A stretch of DNA of 62,071 nucleotides, counting the filler. It is 17 parts of 17 records of this genome, joined end to end, with 100 filler letters (N's around TTAATTAATTAA, not from the genome) between each part and the next. Parts side by side here need not be neighbours in the genome. Positions count along the whole stretch, not along the records: positions 9,643 to 12,989 come from SRR15195285_21707; positions 13,090 to 16,250 come from SRR15195285_21767; positions 16,351 to 20,491 come from SRR15195285_21977; positions 20,592 to 23,782 come from SRR15195285_22014; positions 23,883 to 28,908 come from SRR15195285_22334; 12 more parts are not named here. One strand, 5' to 3'. Shown here in pieces: positions 12,601 to 24,336 of the stretch. Under the pieces are notes generated by a model. That model was not told where the DNA came from. It saw nothing but the letters and a program-made list of their open reading frames with translations, and ran no database searches. The translations under genes and the position numbers were made by a program. How positions within the stretch are numbered: the stretch's first letter is position 1; every line of letters starts with the position of its first letter.

Positions 12601-12989
12601 AATCTGGAATGAGCTCACGAAGCATAAGGTTCATGCTTTGGGTACCTCGAAGATAGAGCCGAGAGCAACGAAGGGCAAAGGGAAGTTGTGGAAGAAAGGA
12701 CGCTTGGCTCCAGTGCGTCAGCCTCGACCACTCGTGATGAGCTGGCACATAGATATGTATGCCAAGCTCTTCGGTGCCGAGGTCCAGTGGTGGTGTAAGC
12801 ACCACAATGATCACTTGCATCAATTGCGAGAGAAGCGCAGACAAAAAGGCGAGCAGCTGCAGGCGCAGCGAGATGACACACTCGCGGGGGCGAGCGACTT
12901 AGCTGCGCTACGAGCTATCGAAGCCTCGCAACGTAGTGGCGAGGGTGCACTCAAACAGGAATTCAAACCTGTATTGGGCGTCTACTGCA
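9643..12989 (+). mobile_element. Kolobok-like (Mutator/hAT/P/Kolobok group) DDE transposase ORF spanning the whole contig, partial at both ends
   Basis: CxxC...FRWDSQP...GN.LIGAA, then candidate catalytic D (ILEFD, 10973), D (MVIDD, 11162), DVWH (11255-11266) and E (RTSRNES, 12509). No stop or frameshift over 3.3 kb. Confidence 0.7.
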
Positions 12990-13279
12990 NNNNNNNNNNN
13001 NNNNNNNNNNNNNNNNNNNNNNNNNNNNNNNNNTTAATTAATTAANNNNNNNNNNNNNNNNNNNNNNNNNNNNNNNNNNNNNNNNNNNNCAGTCTTGTCT
13101 CCAAAGTCAGTCTATCACGAATGATGAGGGCGGCATGACGCGCATGGGCCCGGCGCGCGGCGGCCAGGGCGGCATCCGACGCCGTATCATGGCGGCCCGG
13201 CGCGCGGCGGTTCCGCGCCGGCCCCGGCATGCACGCCCAGCCGCACGCGTTCACCATTCAGCCGTACGCGCTTGCGTAG

Positions 13280-13297
13280 CGCTACCTTAAGGTAGCG
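13280..13297. repeat. Perfect 18-bp palindrome CGCTACCTTAAGGTAGCG centred on TTAA
   Basis: Read directly from sequence. A 17-bp direct repeat GGCCCGGCGCGCGGCGG lies nearby at 13147 and 13194. Confidence 0.85.
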
Positions 13298-13636
13298 ACC
13301 GACCACGCACGCGCAGGCGCCCCGCGACCGTGCGTGACGCTCACGCACGCGCAGGCTGCTGTGTGGCACGGGCACCGTCGGTATCGGGAGCACGCATAGC
13401 TGCCGATGGCGCAAGGATGCAGTGCTAACTAGCACGAGAGAGATGGAGAGAGAAAGAGAGAGAGCGAGTTAGGAGCGCGAGCTGGTGCCGACCAGCCACA
13501 GGCGCTGTGGCCCGGCGCGTCGTCTATCTGCAGCGCTGAGATATAGCGCTACCGTGGGTATGCAGTAGTGGCACCGCGAGCTTGGAGTCCGTTTCACCTG
13601 GCACGGGCGCGCACCAGCGCAGTGCGGCAGAAAGAG

Positions 13637-14598
13637 ATGGGTGGCAGCGAAACAGGCGGGGTGTTTCTGGCCGGAGCAGCGGCAGGCATTTTCGAGGGGA
13701 TTGTCGTCCAGCCAATGGAGATGGTCAAGACTCGTTTTCAGATCAATGCGGGCGAGAAAATGCGGATCATTCCGACAATGCGCGCCATCGTCGCGGAAGG
13801 TGGTGTGCGACAGCTCTACCGTGGCGGCCTTCCTGAGATCGCGGGGCTGGTCCCGCGCTCCTCGGCGATGTGGTCCGGGTACGAGTTGAGTCGGCGTGAA
13901 CTGACCAGGCTCAACGGCGGCGCTTGCAACACCCAGATTGTCGCCGTGTCGGGCGTTTGCGCCGGGTGTTTCGAGGGTGTAAGCTCCTCACATTTGCACG
14001 TTCTGGCTTTAACGTTCTGGTCCACCCTGAGTGTCTACCAACGCCCTGCTAACACTGCCGTGGCGTTGCTGGTCAGATGGCGTTCGCCCCTTTCCAAGTG
14101 GTCAAGGTTCGCCTTATGGCAAAGGAGCATCTTGGTCGCTACAAAAACACCTTGGATTGCCTAGTCAAAATTGTTCAGGGCGAAGGTATCCTCGCTCTTA
14201 CGATTGGCCTAGCTCCTACTCTGTGGCGGAACTGTGTCTGGGATAGCATTTACCTTTCCGGCATGTACAACATTGACCTGCATGTGCCAAAGCCCGATAA
14301 TTACGCTGTCGCTGTGATCCAAGATGGCGTACTTGGCACTGCCATGGGCATGTTCGCGACGTGTTTCAACGCGCCGTTTGATGTGGTGAAATCTCGCTTC
14401 CAGGCTCAGTTGCCGGGTGCACGAAACCCGTACACGTCTACATTTGGGACGCTACGTCGGATAGTTGCTGAAGAGGGTCCCACGCAAATATATCGAGGGC
14501 TGCTTCCGAAAGCAATAAGACTAGGTGTCGGGCAGACGGTTGGACTGATGGTATTTCAGGCGCTCGTTCCACACGAGAACAGCGGAGAAGAGCAGTAG
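13637..14598 (+). CDS. SLC25A21: Mitochondrial carrier, 2-oxodicarboxylate carrier (ODC)-like, 1 intron
   Basis: Three carrier motifs PMEMVKTRFQ, PFQVVKVRL and PFDVVKSRFQ. Intron 13979-14076 (GTAAGC...GCTAAC...CAG). Confidence 0.85.
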
Positions 14599-14616
14599 CA
14601 TACAAACTGAACACTC

Positions 14617-16208
14617 TTATTCACCCATCACAGCAAACGGATCGTACGGCGGCACATATTGCCAGATCTTGACCACCTCGTCGTCTCCACAGCTAGCTAG
14701 AAGGTACGGCGCTTCGTGGCTTGGTGCTGCGCCCTCGCCATCAGCCTGAACGCGTTCAGCGACGGTGTCACCGTTGCGAGGGCCTGGTCCCCACACAGCA
14801 TTGTTAATGTCAAGGCCATGCGCGTGCTCCAACGCAGCCTCGAGCTTGACAACCTCTGCTCCGCTTTCGTCCGCACCAAGCTTGAACACCCGCAGCGTGT
14901 CGTCTGCGGCCGCCGTCACGATGCGGTGGTGCGACCTGGACCAATCAACGCTGTAGATCGTGCGCTTATGCACACCGCTCACGCCCGCACCTTCCCCGCC
15001 CACAGGCACAAGCTTCGGATCGCCCCCACCAGCATCCTGAATGAGGGCATCAAGCGTGGCAGTGAGATACGAAACGGATCAAATCCTACACTCTACAACC
15101 TAAAACCATCCCAACTAACTCCTAGCGCAGCGGTGCAGCAACTGCGTCCTACCTCTACCAGGCGCCATAGTTTCAGCTGCAGGTCGTCGCTGCCTGAGAT
15201 CAAACGATCGCCGTCCGCGTTGAAGGCAGCCGACCACACCGTTGAGGTGTGTCCTGTCGCGGTGTCACAGCAGTACCAGTCCTCGTCATCCTCCACCCAC
15301 AGCTTCAGCGTGTCGTCGTAGCTCGCCGAGACGGCGAGTTCCTTGTACGGGTGGAAGACGACAGATTTGACGTCCTGGCTGTGCCCAGTGAGCACGGCCG
15401 CGCACTCGAAGTCATGATCTCCGTCGGCCGCCCAGATCCAGACGGTTTTGTCTCGGCTGCAAGTTGCCAGCAGAGCTCCGGAGGAAGCCCAGCTCACGCT
15501 CTTGACTTCGTTTTCATGCCCCTCGAGCGTGGCGATGCACTCGAACACTCCCTGTTGGCGCTCCCAAATCGCCGTGGTCGCGTCGAAACTCGCCGTGGCC
15601 AGGTACTTGCCGCACGGAGAATACGCGACACTGCGGATGGTCCGTTGGTGTACATTCTCCAGGACAGATTCGCTCGTCCAGCTGCCCGCCACATCTCTGT
15701 GCCACTGTGCACAGCAGGTGCAGCGCCCGTGAGTCAAACGAAAACGCGCGCCTGCAGCGAGATCCCCGCGCCGCAAACTTACGATGCGAACAGTGTTATC
15801 ACCGCTGCAGCTGGCCAGCTCGTTTCCGGACGGCGCCCAACTGACCTGCCACACACGGTCCGTGTGCCCTGCATGCCGCCAACGGCGCGCGCGTCAGTCA
15901 GCTCCAAACCAGCCAGCCAGCGCCGGGGGCGCACAGAGAGAGAGAGATAAGGGACAGAGAGTCAGACACAGTACAAAGAGACAGAGACACGTACATAGAA
16001 ACAGACAGAGCAACAGAGGGACAGAGTGGCACACAGAGGCAGAAATGGCGACAGAGGGACAGAAGGACAAGCACAAGAGGGCCACACACAGCCACACACA
16101 GCCACACACTGCAACCGCCGCTCGCTTACCTGCCAGCGTAGCCACGCATGTAAACGCCGATGGCTCCTCCTCGCCCCCCGCTGCGCCGCCATCGCCCTGG
16201 GCCTGCAT
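14617..16208 (-). CDS. CIAO1: Cytosolic Fe-S cluster assembly WD40 protein CIA1/CIAO1, 3 introns
   Basis: [47 protein letters not shown] and GHSQDVK. Introns 15869-16129, 15705-15782 and 15037-15152. Confidence 0.93.
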
Positions 16209-16474
16209 CGCCAACAGCGAGTGGCGCCAGCAGCAGCAGCAGCAGCAGCANNNNNNNNNNNNNNNNNNNNNNNNNNNNNNNNNNNNNNNNNNNNTTAATT
16301 AATTAANNNNNNNNNNNNNNNNNNNNNNNNNNNNNNNNNNNNNNNNNNNNGGGAGAGACTGTATGATACGGTAGCTAGTTACCCGAACGTTTGACGTCGT
16401 GCACAGTACGGGACGGATCGACTGGCATACGATACATGTAGCGTCGTCTCACCGGCGCTGCAGTCAATTTAATC

Positions 16475-17571
16475 ATGCACCAGTCACTCCACAACAACAG
16501 GGGAGGTTTTCTGTGCCTATCACCCATACCGTCTCATACGCTGTGGTTTGACTCCGCAGAGCTCACGGGACGAATCAATTGGCTGACACCGGGGGCCGGC
16601 GGCGTCCAGTCGTGGATGCTCACATGCACTTTTGGTCGTTCCGCACGCACTGCTGGCTGCACGACATCACTGAGGAGACCGAAATTGCGGGGCTGAAGTT
16701 CAAGCCGCTGGCGATTGACTATGGGCCTGCCGAATTTCAAGCAGAGGCCGAGGAGAGCGAGTTTGAAATCATTGCGTGCGTGCATATCGAGGCATCGGCC
16801 GACCACCCAGATTTCAACGCCGTTGGCGAGGCGAGGTGGTTGCAGGCGATGGGGGACGTGTCGCCCGTCGGAAAGGGGATGCCACAGGCCATTGTTCCCT
16901 TCGCACCAATGGGTAACTTTGCACAGGCTGAGGCCGTCTTACGCGATCACTGCAGCCTGCCAAATGTCAAAGGAATCCGGTTCAATCTCGACCACCACCC
17001 CACGCGCGAGGAACTGCGACAGACACAACGCGACGACTGGTTCACGGATGAGCAGTGGCTGCGCTCTCTTGCAGTGATTGACGAGCTGGGACTCTCGTTT
17101 GACCTACAGATTCATATTCCGCAGATGCCAGCCGCCGCTCAGCTTGCCAATGAGTTCCCAGACGTGCAGTTCCTACTCAACCACGCTGGCTTCCCATATG
17201 TCACGGATAATGCCACCTTGGGTGCCTGGCACGACGGCATGGAGCGGCTCGCAGCTTGCTCGAACGTCGCGTGCAAGATATCCGGCCTGGGGATGGCAGA
17301 CTACGACGATGCACACTTCGTGAGCGTCCGAGGCAAAAGTTCCGATGAAATTGAAGAGTCTATCCGTCCATTCGTACTGGACACGATAGACGCATTTGGT
17401 GCTAATCGTTGCATGCTGGCGTCTAACTTCCCTGTTGACAAGCTCATGTGTTCCTGGACCGACTTGTATCGCGCTTATACGAATATTCTCGACAGTGCTT
17501 GCTTCACAGAGGAAGAGAAAGACCAACTATTTCGCGGCAACGCAGTGAAATACTACGACCTAGACATATGA
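16475..17571 (+). CDS. Amidohydrolase_2 family enzyme (sugar lactonase, L-fucono/L-rhamnono-lactonase-like)
   Basis: VVDAHMHFW, CVHIEA, GLSFDL, LLNHAG, NVACKISGL and FGANRCMLASNFPVD. The start at 16475 requires a putative 47-nt intron at 16513-16559, which is less certain. Confidence 0.85.
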
Positions 17572-17644
17572 CACGTGCGACATCGCAAATGCATGTAGAC
17601 CTGTACATTGATCAAGGTTGACAATCATGCTACCAAATATCAAA

Positions 17645-20317
17645 TCAATGCTGCCGTCCGGACCACAAATACCTACAAATCATATCCTGCAAGAACACAA
17701 CGTTGGATTGCTTGCTAGTGGCGTCCTCTGTCGCTCCCTCAACCACCTGTTTCAGACCGAGCAATGCTTGTGAGCACAACTGGTTGTAACAAAGCAAACT
17801 CACAGCTAGCAGCACGCACCAGCTCAAACTGAATGTCGTATGAGCGCCGTCTATTCTTCGTCATCGTCAGGTGGCCACCGATACGGGCGCCGTTGTTCAC
17901 TACAAGGGGCTCTTTCAGCGGCAGTATCGTTTGATACCAATGCGTTCGCGGCTGGTCCGGGGACGTCGTCAAAGTCCGCTGGTCAGTCGAACCGTTGAAT
18001 TCGACATCGAACCAGCATGCTAGGCCATGTACAGCTACTGCATCTCTGACACTTGCATCAGCATGCTGTGGTGTCCAGTGCGCCTGTGCGGACGTCAATA
18101 CCACCTGCAGAATGATGGCGCCATCACCGAATCGTTTTAGCATTTTGCGCGGCTGATACATGCACGAGTGTAGTACGATTGATGGTCTAAATCGCCCACC
18201 TTGATATCATCAAACTCATCTGGCGTCGCTGTCGTGAAGTCGACGACGTGCTTGCTGGCGGCTTGGATACCACACGGCATCATCTCTGGCATTACTATGT
18301 CGGATATCGCCGACGCAAAGTGCGAGCGCTCTGCAACCGCCTGCATTGCAGATACGTCAACGCCTACACCGCGCAGAAAGGCACCAATAAGACACCAGCT
18401 TGCCGCAACAAGAGGTAGAATGTTTGAAACTTTACCGTATAGACCCTGCGGGAGATTCCAAAAGTTCGCCCGGTGCACCTGTTCCGAGTGCATCTCTGCA
18501 TCGCACACAGGCCCACAGTACATAGTTCCCTTGGTTGGGAACACCTTGCCGCCTGGACGCAGGAACTTTTCACGGGCCAATACAAAGCTATCCAGCATCT
18601 GCTCGTGGAAAAGCATGAAGCCCATTGGCTCGCTGATCAAGACATCAGCCTGCTCCGGAAGTTCCACCCCTTCGACGGTTCCGTGGACTACCTCAATGAC
18701 TCCCGACAGACCATTGGCCTCCACAAGTGAGCGGCACACTTCTGCGATAGTTGATGCTTCGATGGCGTACACCTTGGCTGCCCCGGCCCGAGCCGCAAAG
18801 AAAGACAAGATACCAGAGCCCGCGCCTACATCAACGACCACCTTGCCCTCGAAGTCAGCTGCATTCTGCATGATGGCTTCCATGTACGTCGTTGTGCGCA
18901 CACTGTCCTCCAGCATCAGTTGCTGGTTCGACATAGCACTATAGTAGTCGAAATAGTGGTCTTCAACTTCTTTGGTGAACTTCACTGAGCCTTGTCTAGG
19001 TCGAGCTCCTACCGTGGAGCCAAGGGTTCCTCCTGCTCCAACATCACGTTCCTCTTGCCTATGCTCTTGCTCCGGCTCCGGCAGCAGGATCTCCACACGC
19101 GCCCGACCAGACGCATTCGAGTTCCTCTGCGTAGTGTTCGGCTGTTCGCTTGCGGCGGGCAAAGCGCCGTGGTCAACTGCACCCCTGGCTTCCTGCCAGG
19201 CCTTCACAAGGCACGGGATGCGCTCTGCACTGCTCTGTCTGGCCATGTACTTACGAGCGGCCGTAACCGCGGCATAGATCGCATCCGCATCTTCCTCTGT
19301 ATGAAACTGGAGGCCGTACTCGAACCCGCGGGTTGTTGTCAACGCATGGAAACACGGTGACGCCACCCGAAAGGCAGTTTCCAGCGCGATATACTCGTTC
19401 AAAAGAACCTCCTTCGTATGGGTGTCAGACACGACAACTCGAAATGCCTTGTAGTGGCTATCATTTGAGTCGGGCTGGCTTGAGTGCAGTTCCTTGTGGG
19501 ACGGCTCGTACTCATCTGCAACCACATCGACATGAGAGTCCGACCCAGCCACTAGTACCCATTCTCCGTGCAGTGGTCGGAGCAACCGCACGGCAGAGGC
19601 GGTAGCTGTATACTCTGTGGTCTTGTGCGCGCGCGGTTCTGCGTCGTCGTGCCCGTCGAGCTTGGCGTTTAGCGTCGCGTTCTGCTCCCGTAAGAGCACA
19701 ATCTCTTCACGCAGAGAATGCAAGGAATCTTCTGCGGCATCGGCTTTCTTCTTGTCTTCCAGTGCCGCGACCAGGCGCTTCTTGCTGCCGCCGCCTTTCC
19801 CGAACGCGGAGGTGTTCTTACCCTGTCCCATATATTTCCTGTACGCATCTCTCGCCTCGCCGACATTCCCTACCCCTTCGATGTAGTCCTCGTCTGCGGC
19901 ATTCTCTGGCACGGGGTCTCCGTCGCTGTCCGCGTCGCTCGAGCTCGCCGTCGAAGCATCTGAAGCGCTGCCTGGCGCCGCGCCCTCACCCTCACGCTGC
20001 AATCGCTTCTCGCGCCCGAGCTTGGACAGCTTCTCCAGTCCAGGGGGAGCAGGCTGCGCTGTCTCCGTCTCCGCCGATGCTTTCGCAAGCTTCGCCTCCA
20101 GATCCCTGCACCGTGCGCGCCACTTCTCGTCCCCCTTGCCCTGCTGCCCTCGCGCCTCCGTGCGCAGCACCACCGCCTCCCCATCCCGCCCATCTCCCTT
20201 ACGGCCCGGGCTGGCGGAGCTCAGCTGCTCCGACTGCAGCAGCAGCCGCCGTGTGAGCAGCGTCGTCACCGCACCAACCCCCGCCGCCACGGCCAGCCCG
20301 ATGACGCGCCCCGCCAT
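17645..20317 (-). CDS. CARM1: CARM1/PRMT4-like arginine methyltransferase with N-terminal hydrophobic segment, coiled coils and EVH1/WH1-like domain, 3 introns
   Basis: [43 protein letters not shown] and THWYQ. Introns 18364-18435, 18105-18199 and 17747-17819. Confidence 0.82.
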
Positions 20318-20351
20318 CGCCGCCAGCGCCCCAACGCCCTGCGCTAAACAC

Positions 20352-20470
20352 GGCGACCACTCTCTCACAGGCGGGGTCAGTCCTCAGTCAACAGTATGGG
20401 GGTGAAAATGGGGTGACCACTCCCCCCAGTCAATAGTATGGGGGCGAAATTGGGAGGCCATTTTCCCTGA
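20352..20470. repeat. Tandem ~42-bp repeat (CCCCAGTCAATAGTATGGGGG...GACCACTC), same family as 36520-36576
   Basis: Units start at 20385 and 20427, with a partial GGCGACCACTC at 20352. Confidence 0.75.
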
Positions 20471-20591
20471 TTGGGACCATCACAGGCTGGCNNNNNNNNN
20501 NNNNNNNNNNNNNNNNNNNNNNNNNNNNNNNNNNNTTAATTAATTAANNNNNNNNNNNNNNNNNNNNNNNNNNNNNNNNNNNNNNNNNNNN

Positions 20592-23500
20592 CCACAGACA
20601 CCACCAAAAAACATTGTGTAGAAAAGCGGATCGACTTCAAGGTTCGGGTTTGCGTTTGGTCCTTTGTAACAGATGACGGAAGGCGCCATATCTAGGGTGT
20701 AAATATCTAGCTTCTCGCCACGGTTGGTGCATTTCACGGTGTTTATGCAAGACTTCACCAGGGTGCCAATGCACAGTGTATACACTGCAAGTAGGCAGTT
20801 GATTGTGTGGCGGGTGTGGTGCACTCCGTGCTTGCAGAGCACAGTCAGGACCACGCAGAACCCAATGAACGTAACTTGCGTTGTAAGAAACTTGAAAAAC
20901 AGCATGTACACGATGCTGCTGCTTTGATCTAATGCGCACTCGGGGCTCAGCAGCTGGCCAATGTCGAACGAGACGATCCCTGACAAATAACGAGATATCC
21001 ATGCCAAGTCCAGTGGAAACCCAACCGGCATGCTGAATGTCATGAATGATACTTGCAGCTGTCCGAGTGCAATCCCAGAATAGATGGCAGTGTTCGATAA
21101 TGCTCTGGCGCTGTCATCAATGGTCTCGGTCGTCTCCTTCAAATCATTTGCACTCTCCATCGCTTCCTGTCCTTCTGCAGCTGACTCTTCTTGGCCAACG
21201 CCTTTAACCTTAGTAACCTGCCACAAAGCGGCGATGATGGCCGCGGTAGCAGCGATTACAGTGGCATATGTGAACATCACAGTCTGAGGATCAGTGTCTG
21301 GACATTCGACGCAACGAGCTCCAACAGAATAGTGATTGAACTCGCAGAGAGAGCATGCCTCGCCAGCGCTATTCATCACGCACTGTCCTTGCACGCAACG
21401 GTCCATCATCGGACATTCGATGCACCCGCGCGAAGTCTGTGCAAATCCATTCTCAGTTGGAGAGGCACAACAGTCCAGAAACTCCCCTGTGTCAGATTCA
21501 GTATCCCTCTGGGCAGTTGTGTAGAACTTTGCTCTCTCCAGCTCTGCGACAACGTTGTCATCTTCATCAAGAATTTCGATGTCGTAGACTCCAGTGTCAG
21601 CGTCGACATGGCCGCACGGAACGCACGCTCCAACTTGGGCGAACTGCATACCCAGTGGATACTGGTTGTTGTTTGGGTCACCAGTTGCTGCGACTACCTC
21701 ATTGGAGGTGTACGTTGCCGGTGGGCAGCTGTAGGCACACTCGGCACTGTTTGGGACTGAGTATTGCCCAAACGGGCATTTGCTGCATTTAAACCCCGAG
21801 GCGTTCTGCGAGAGACTTAACCGAAGGTTCACTAGCCAATCCGACTCGTTGTTTGCAACGCATGTCTGGTTTCGGGGCTCAACGGGCGCTGTGTAAAAGC
21901 ATTCGCTGCTGTGAACGTTCCGGCACGCAGTTTCTCCTGATCCAGCCTGCGCACATGGTTCTTCAAACATTGCATTACACGTCGAGATGACTGCACCGTC
22001 CGCATTCTGTACCGAAGTGTACAGGCAAAGCCCTGCTGATTGACATGCAATTGCCTCAGCACGTGGGTCCCCAAGTGAGACGTTGACGCGGGCACAAGTA
22101 CGTATCGAGCGAGCAGCACAGGTTTCTTCAACCCTTGAAACGGTTGGTGAGTATATGCACACTTCGCTGCTATCAAGCACACTCTGACAAGCCGTTCGGC
22201 CTGTTTGGTTTTCGGTGAGATTAACCAGTGCTAGAGGACATTCCATCTGCGGACTCGGAAAATCGTCCAGGCTTAGGCTGTCGACTCTCTCTCCCTGGTT
22301 TGTCAAAAATTCTAGTTTGAATCCCGCCTCGCACCGGCCACAAAGTGTTGCTCCAGTCTGCTCAGTGTCAAAAGGACCCTCTGTTAGATCACCGTACGCG
22401 TCTTTGTACATACCCAGCATGCTCATGCCACTCATGTACTCAAAGTCGTTGGCTGCCGTGGCCCCAGGGATCGCCTTTTCCGTCACGCCACATATGGCTC
22501 GACCACCAAAGTCCCAAAGGTTAATAGAGGGTGATCCCGACGGGAGGCACGTCCCACGACATTCTAGACAAGTTTCAGAAGCTATCTCGGGTTGGTACCA
22601 GCCCCCAGGGCAATTCCGGCACTCCTGACTGGCCACGGGCGAAAATCGACCCGCGGCACATTCAGTACACGTAGTGCCTCCTGGCTGTGACGCCGTGTCT
22701 GTCTCTGAGCCGGCTGGGCATTCTGTACAGTTGGTTCCATTTTGGTTGCTTATGAAGACTGTAAACTGCCCGGGTGCGCAGGCGACGCATGGATTGATCG
22801 GGTTGTGTAGTCCTTCCAGCTTGTTGTCAGTACCAGTCGGGCATGCAGTGCAGTTGCGTGCCCCAGACTGGTCTAGTGTGTCCGTAACAAACCCGACATA
22901 GCATTGCTCGCAGTCGACGACTTCTGTTGCCGGCAGCACCTCGTACGAACCCCAAGTATCTGGAGCTGGGCCAGTTGGTCTGTCCAGAGGATTTGAGGAG
23001 AACTTGCCAGGGGTACAAGCTGTGCAGGCATACGAGCCAGGAGCCTCACCCGTATTTGTTAGTGATCCTGGTTGACAGACTTGGCACCTGTAATCGGTGG
23101 CTGGCTCGCCTTCAATCCAGAGATTTGGGTCTCCCCATAGACCCACTGCGCATGGGTCGCATTCTTCTGCAGCGTCCTCACTATACTGCCCTGGAACACA
23201 CTGCAAGCACTCGGCTGATGTTGACGACTGCCGCCAGCCTTCAAAACACAGGTCGCATACTCCTTGGTTCGGGGCTGAAAATCGCTCGCTCCCTGTGCCT
23301 GGGCAAGGATGTGGATCACCTATAGTGTCACACCAGAACCCAGGGTCGCATACCACCGGCCGACAAGCCTCGGTAGAGTAATCGTTCATCCACCCGACGT
23401 CGCATGATGTGCAGTTGATGCCTCCCGGTAGAGCCAGAGTGTCAGTAAACGACCCTGGATCACAGAGCTCGCATGCTATGGTTGGTGCACTTGAGTGTCG

Positions 23501-23782
23501 CCCTGGGTCACAGGGCTCACAAACGGAACCGCCAGGGGCGGTAAGTGTGTCCGTCGCAGCTCCTGGGTAGCAAGGTGCGCAAACTTGCCCTAGAGAACCA
23601 CTTTCAGGCATTGCAGGCACGCTATACTCCCCGGGGACGCAAGGGTCACACGTAGATGGGCCAGTACTGCTGGGAGCAACAGTCACCGTGCCTTTCCCAG
23701 GTGTGACACAGCTGATGCAAGATAAGTCAGTTGCAGACGCATATTGACCTATCTCACATGCAGTGCAGCTCGACGCTCCCGG
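20592..23782 (-). CDS. Cys-rich GCC2/GCC3 (ephrin-receptor-like) repeat surface protein with multipass membrane C-terminal region, partial at both ends
   Basis: Many CxxCxPGxY/F repeats followed by several hydrophobic helices (QLQV...FP...W, FDI...SPEC). The frame is open across the contig. Confidence 0.8.
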
Positions 23783-24336
23783 NNNNNNNNNNNNNNNNNN
23801 NNNNNNNNNNNNNNNNNNNNNNNNNNTTAATTAATTAANNNNNNNNNNNNNNNNNNNNNNNNNNNNNNNNNNNNNNNNNNNNGAGTACCTGGAAACCACT
23901 GAAGAATTCGCGCGCAAAATTCGCGGGAATGCAATGCTCCGGAATCCGATGTGGATTCCTGTTGGATTCTGCATCTATAAATGCGGGTAGGATCCGATAT
24001 ATTTGAAAATGCAGCGTACACAGTCTGTGTGTAGGAATCCTACACGCTACAGTATCAGGATACACAGGCCAACTCGCGGGACGGAGCCATCCAAAGTAAT
24101 CGTTCCCCTGGCGTTCGTTCCCCTGGCTCAGCCGCGCCTCCCTGGGGGGCGGGGCTCGCCGCAGCGAACCAGAGCGATAGAGACGGGCGGGGGAAGCCGG
24201 GAAGGGGGGAGGCGCAGACAGGTTAAGGGCGAGGGCGAGTGCTCCTCAGGTGGGAGCAGTTGGCAGGTCTGGAGGCATCTCGTTGCGGGGGGCTCAGTCA
24301 CCCAACTGGACTGTGGACCTCTTCGCAACTCGCACC

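Noticed and set aside
15869-16129. ORFs rich in C/V/L/S (15894-16214 and overlapping) that look like membrane peptides
   Set aside because: Translation of a (GT/CT)-rich CIAO1 intron.
20352-20470. Repeat-spacer-like pattern considered as a CRISPR array
   Set aside because: Only 2-3 units, the inter-repeat parts are similar to each other, there are no cas genes, and the context is eukaryotic.
23883-24060. GGAATCC/GGATTCC inverted motifs at the contig start
   Set aside because: Short imperfect hairpins with no second copy in the window. Insufficient to call an element.
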